Below, in pieces: positions 63,282 to 64,000 of a stretch of DNA of 64,000 nt (its first letter is position 1; each line of letters starts with the position of its first letter). The stretch is from assembly GCA_040776965.1 (NCBI GenBank), contig JAXGZO010000001.1, forward strand, positions 483,498-547,497. The letters run 5' to 3'. Position numbers and translations under genes: made by a program. The stretch comes from Thermoleophilia bacterium. Its GTDB lineage: Bacteria; Actinomycetota; Thermoleophilia; UBA2241. The notes beneath the pieces were generated by a model. That model was not told where the DNA came from. It saw only the letters and a list, made by a program, of their open reading frames with translations, and searched no databases.

Positions 63282-63836
63282 ATGAGCGATGGAAGATCGA
63301 TCGATCCAGGCCTTGAGGCCCTGACAACCGCGTGGATCGCCGACGGCTACTCGTGCGGCGCGCAGACCGAGCAGGCCCTGAGCACCGACGATGTGAGAGC
63401 CTACCTCTCGACCGCCGCCGCCGAGGTCGAGAAGGCGAAAAAAGAGGAACGCGAATGGGGACCGGGCGACCTCAAGTGCGCCCGCGAAGCCCTCGGGTTG
63501 AGCCAGCAGCAGCTCGCCGAGTACTTGCCGTGGAGAGGGTCGAGGGTGAGTGAGTGCGAGGCAGGCAAGCGGGTGATTAGAGGATGGATGATGGAGCGCA
63601 TTAGCGCCCTTGAGGCAATCCGCGACGAGCTCGCCGACCGCATGACCGACGCGTGCGAGCAAGGCGGCTACCGCGACCTCGTGGTGTCTGCGACCGACGA
63701 GGACTACCGGGTAGCGCATCCGACCGACCCGCTCGTTCCGGCTGCCGTGCAGCGCGTCGCCGCCGCGATCGCCGCTTCGAGGATCGAGAGGAAGACGGGT
63801 GAGCGGCCGAGAATTTACATCCGTGGCGGTGAGTAA
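63282..63836 (+). CDS. Phage protein with a central XRE-type HTH
   Basis: 184 aa. LKCAREALGLSQQQLAEYLPWRGSRVSECEAGKRVI. Confidence 0.6.
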   Translation: MSDGRSIDPGLEALTTAWIADGYSCGAQTEQALSTDDVRAYLSTAAAEVEKAKKEEREWGPGDLKCAREALGLSQQQLAEYLPWRGSRVSECEAGKRVIRGWMMERISALEAIRDELADRMTDACEQGGYRDLVVSATDEDYRVAHPTDPLVPAAVQRVAAAIAASRIERKTGERPRIYIRGGE

Positions 63837-63871
63837 GATCTGCTCGGGCAGAAAAAACTTTTCTGGAGGTG

Positions 63872-63981
63872 GAAAAAAACTTCAGAAATCTTCAAAAACC
63901 GCTTGACACCACGTAAAGACTAGTGTAAAATAAAGTCACAGTAAGGAGGAACCAAGAAGGTTCCCGACAAGGAGGAAGATC
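63872..63981 (+). repeat. Promoter-leader cassette, copy 2
   Basis: Same cassette as 62831-62941, with TTGACA-17-TAAAAT. Confidence 0.85.
63903..63931 (+). promoter_or_regulatory. Near-consensus sigma-70-type promoter
   Basis: TTGACA (63903-63908), 17-nt spacer, TAAAAT (63926-63931). Confidence 0.6.
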
Positions 63982-64000
63982 ATGAAGGCCGACGATAAAA
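63982..64000 (+). CDS. Start of a phage gene (MKADDK...), truncated by the window end
   Basis: ATG in the same position relative to cassette copy 2 as the ATG at 62942 relative to copy 1. Confidence 0.4.

Larger units (their letters stand above)
53488..64000. mobile_element. Prophage (left end and early region), continuing beyond the window
   Basis: tRNA fragment, tyrosine integrase, divergent repressor/Xis switch, exonuclease-RecT pair, replication organiser, RusA, sheath gene. The right end is not in the window. Confidence 0.8.

Overview
High-G+C chromosomal segment with Gram-positive-style gene organisation (AGGAGG ribosome-binding sites, many ATGA/GTGA start-stop overlaps, a Bacillus-type long SRP RNA upstream of dnaX-ybaB-recR). 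I infer a Coriobacteriia-like actinobacterium, but cannot verify this without a database. No rRNA, CRISPR array or IS transposase was recognised. Coordinates were hand-indexed, and no alignment, HMM or fold computation was run.

The window has three parts.

(A) 0.3-28 kb, almost all on the minus strand, is dense anaerobic redox metabolism:
- An hdrA(giant fusion)-mvhD-metV-metF-hdrC-hdrB operon, the acetogen-type methylene-THF reductase/heterodisulfide-reductase module.
- A six-gene group-4 membrane [NiFe]-hydrogenase cluster (HyfB/C/E/F/G/I-like) that lacks any ferredoxin-type subunit.
- Immediately upstream of it, a 2-oxoacid:ferredoxin oxidoreductase operon. NuoE- and NuoF-like genes sit between porA and porB, and PorB is the C-terminal domain of a 1061-aa protein. 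That protein also carries NuoG-type Fe-S domains and a GltD-like NAD(P)H module.
- I consider this POR/NuoEF/GltD assembly, possibly working with the adjacent hydrogenase, the best candidate for an uncharacterised system.

(B) 28-53 kb holds housekeeping genes and an accessory stretch:
- Housekeeping genes: recR, ybaB, dnaX, SRP RNA, tadA, cspA, and tRNA-Val plus two tRNA-Ser.
- An accessory stretch interrupts them. It holds a Pat-like ADP-forming acetyl-CoA synthetase/GNAT fusion and a secreted FN3/Ig protein.
- It also holds two large inverted paralogous genes built from 12-13 exactly phased 174-bp beta-propeller-type repeats. They flank a CPC-type P1B ATPase with a CsoR-box-like palindrome, and csoR lies nearby.
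- Further right is a visibly lower-G+C islet. There an alkaline-phosphatase gene and a GGDEF-EAL gene are each split by a single in-frame TAG.

(C) 53.5-64 kb is the left part of a prophage integrated at a tRNA-Arg 3' fragment:
- It carries an integrase, a CI-like repressor, an Xis-like HTH, a YqaJ exonuclease plus RecT, and a replication organiser with internal iterons and an AT-rich tract.
- It also carries a RusA resolvase and a duplicated consensus promoter-leader cassette.
- An orphan contractile tail-sheath gene with foreign codon usage sits where the N-terminus of a primase should be.
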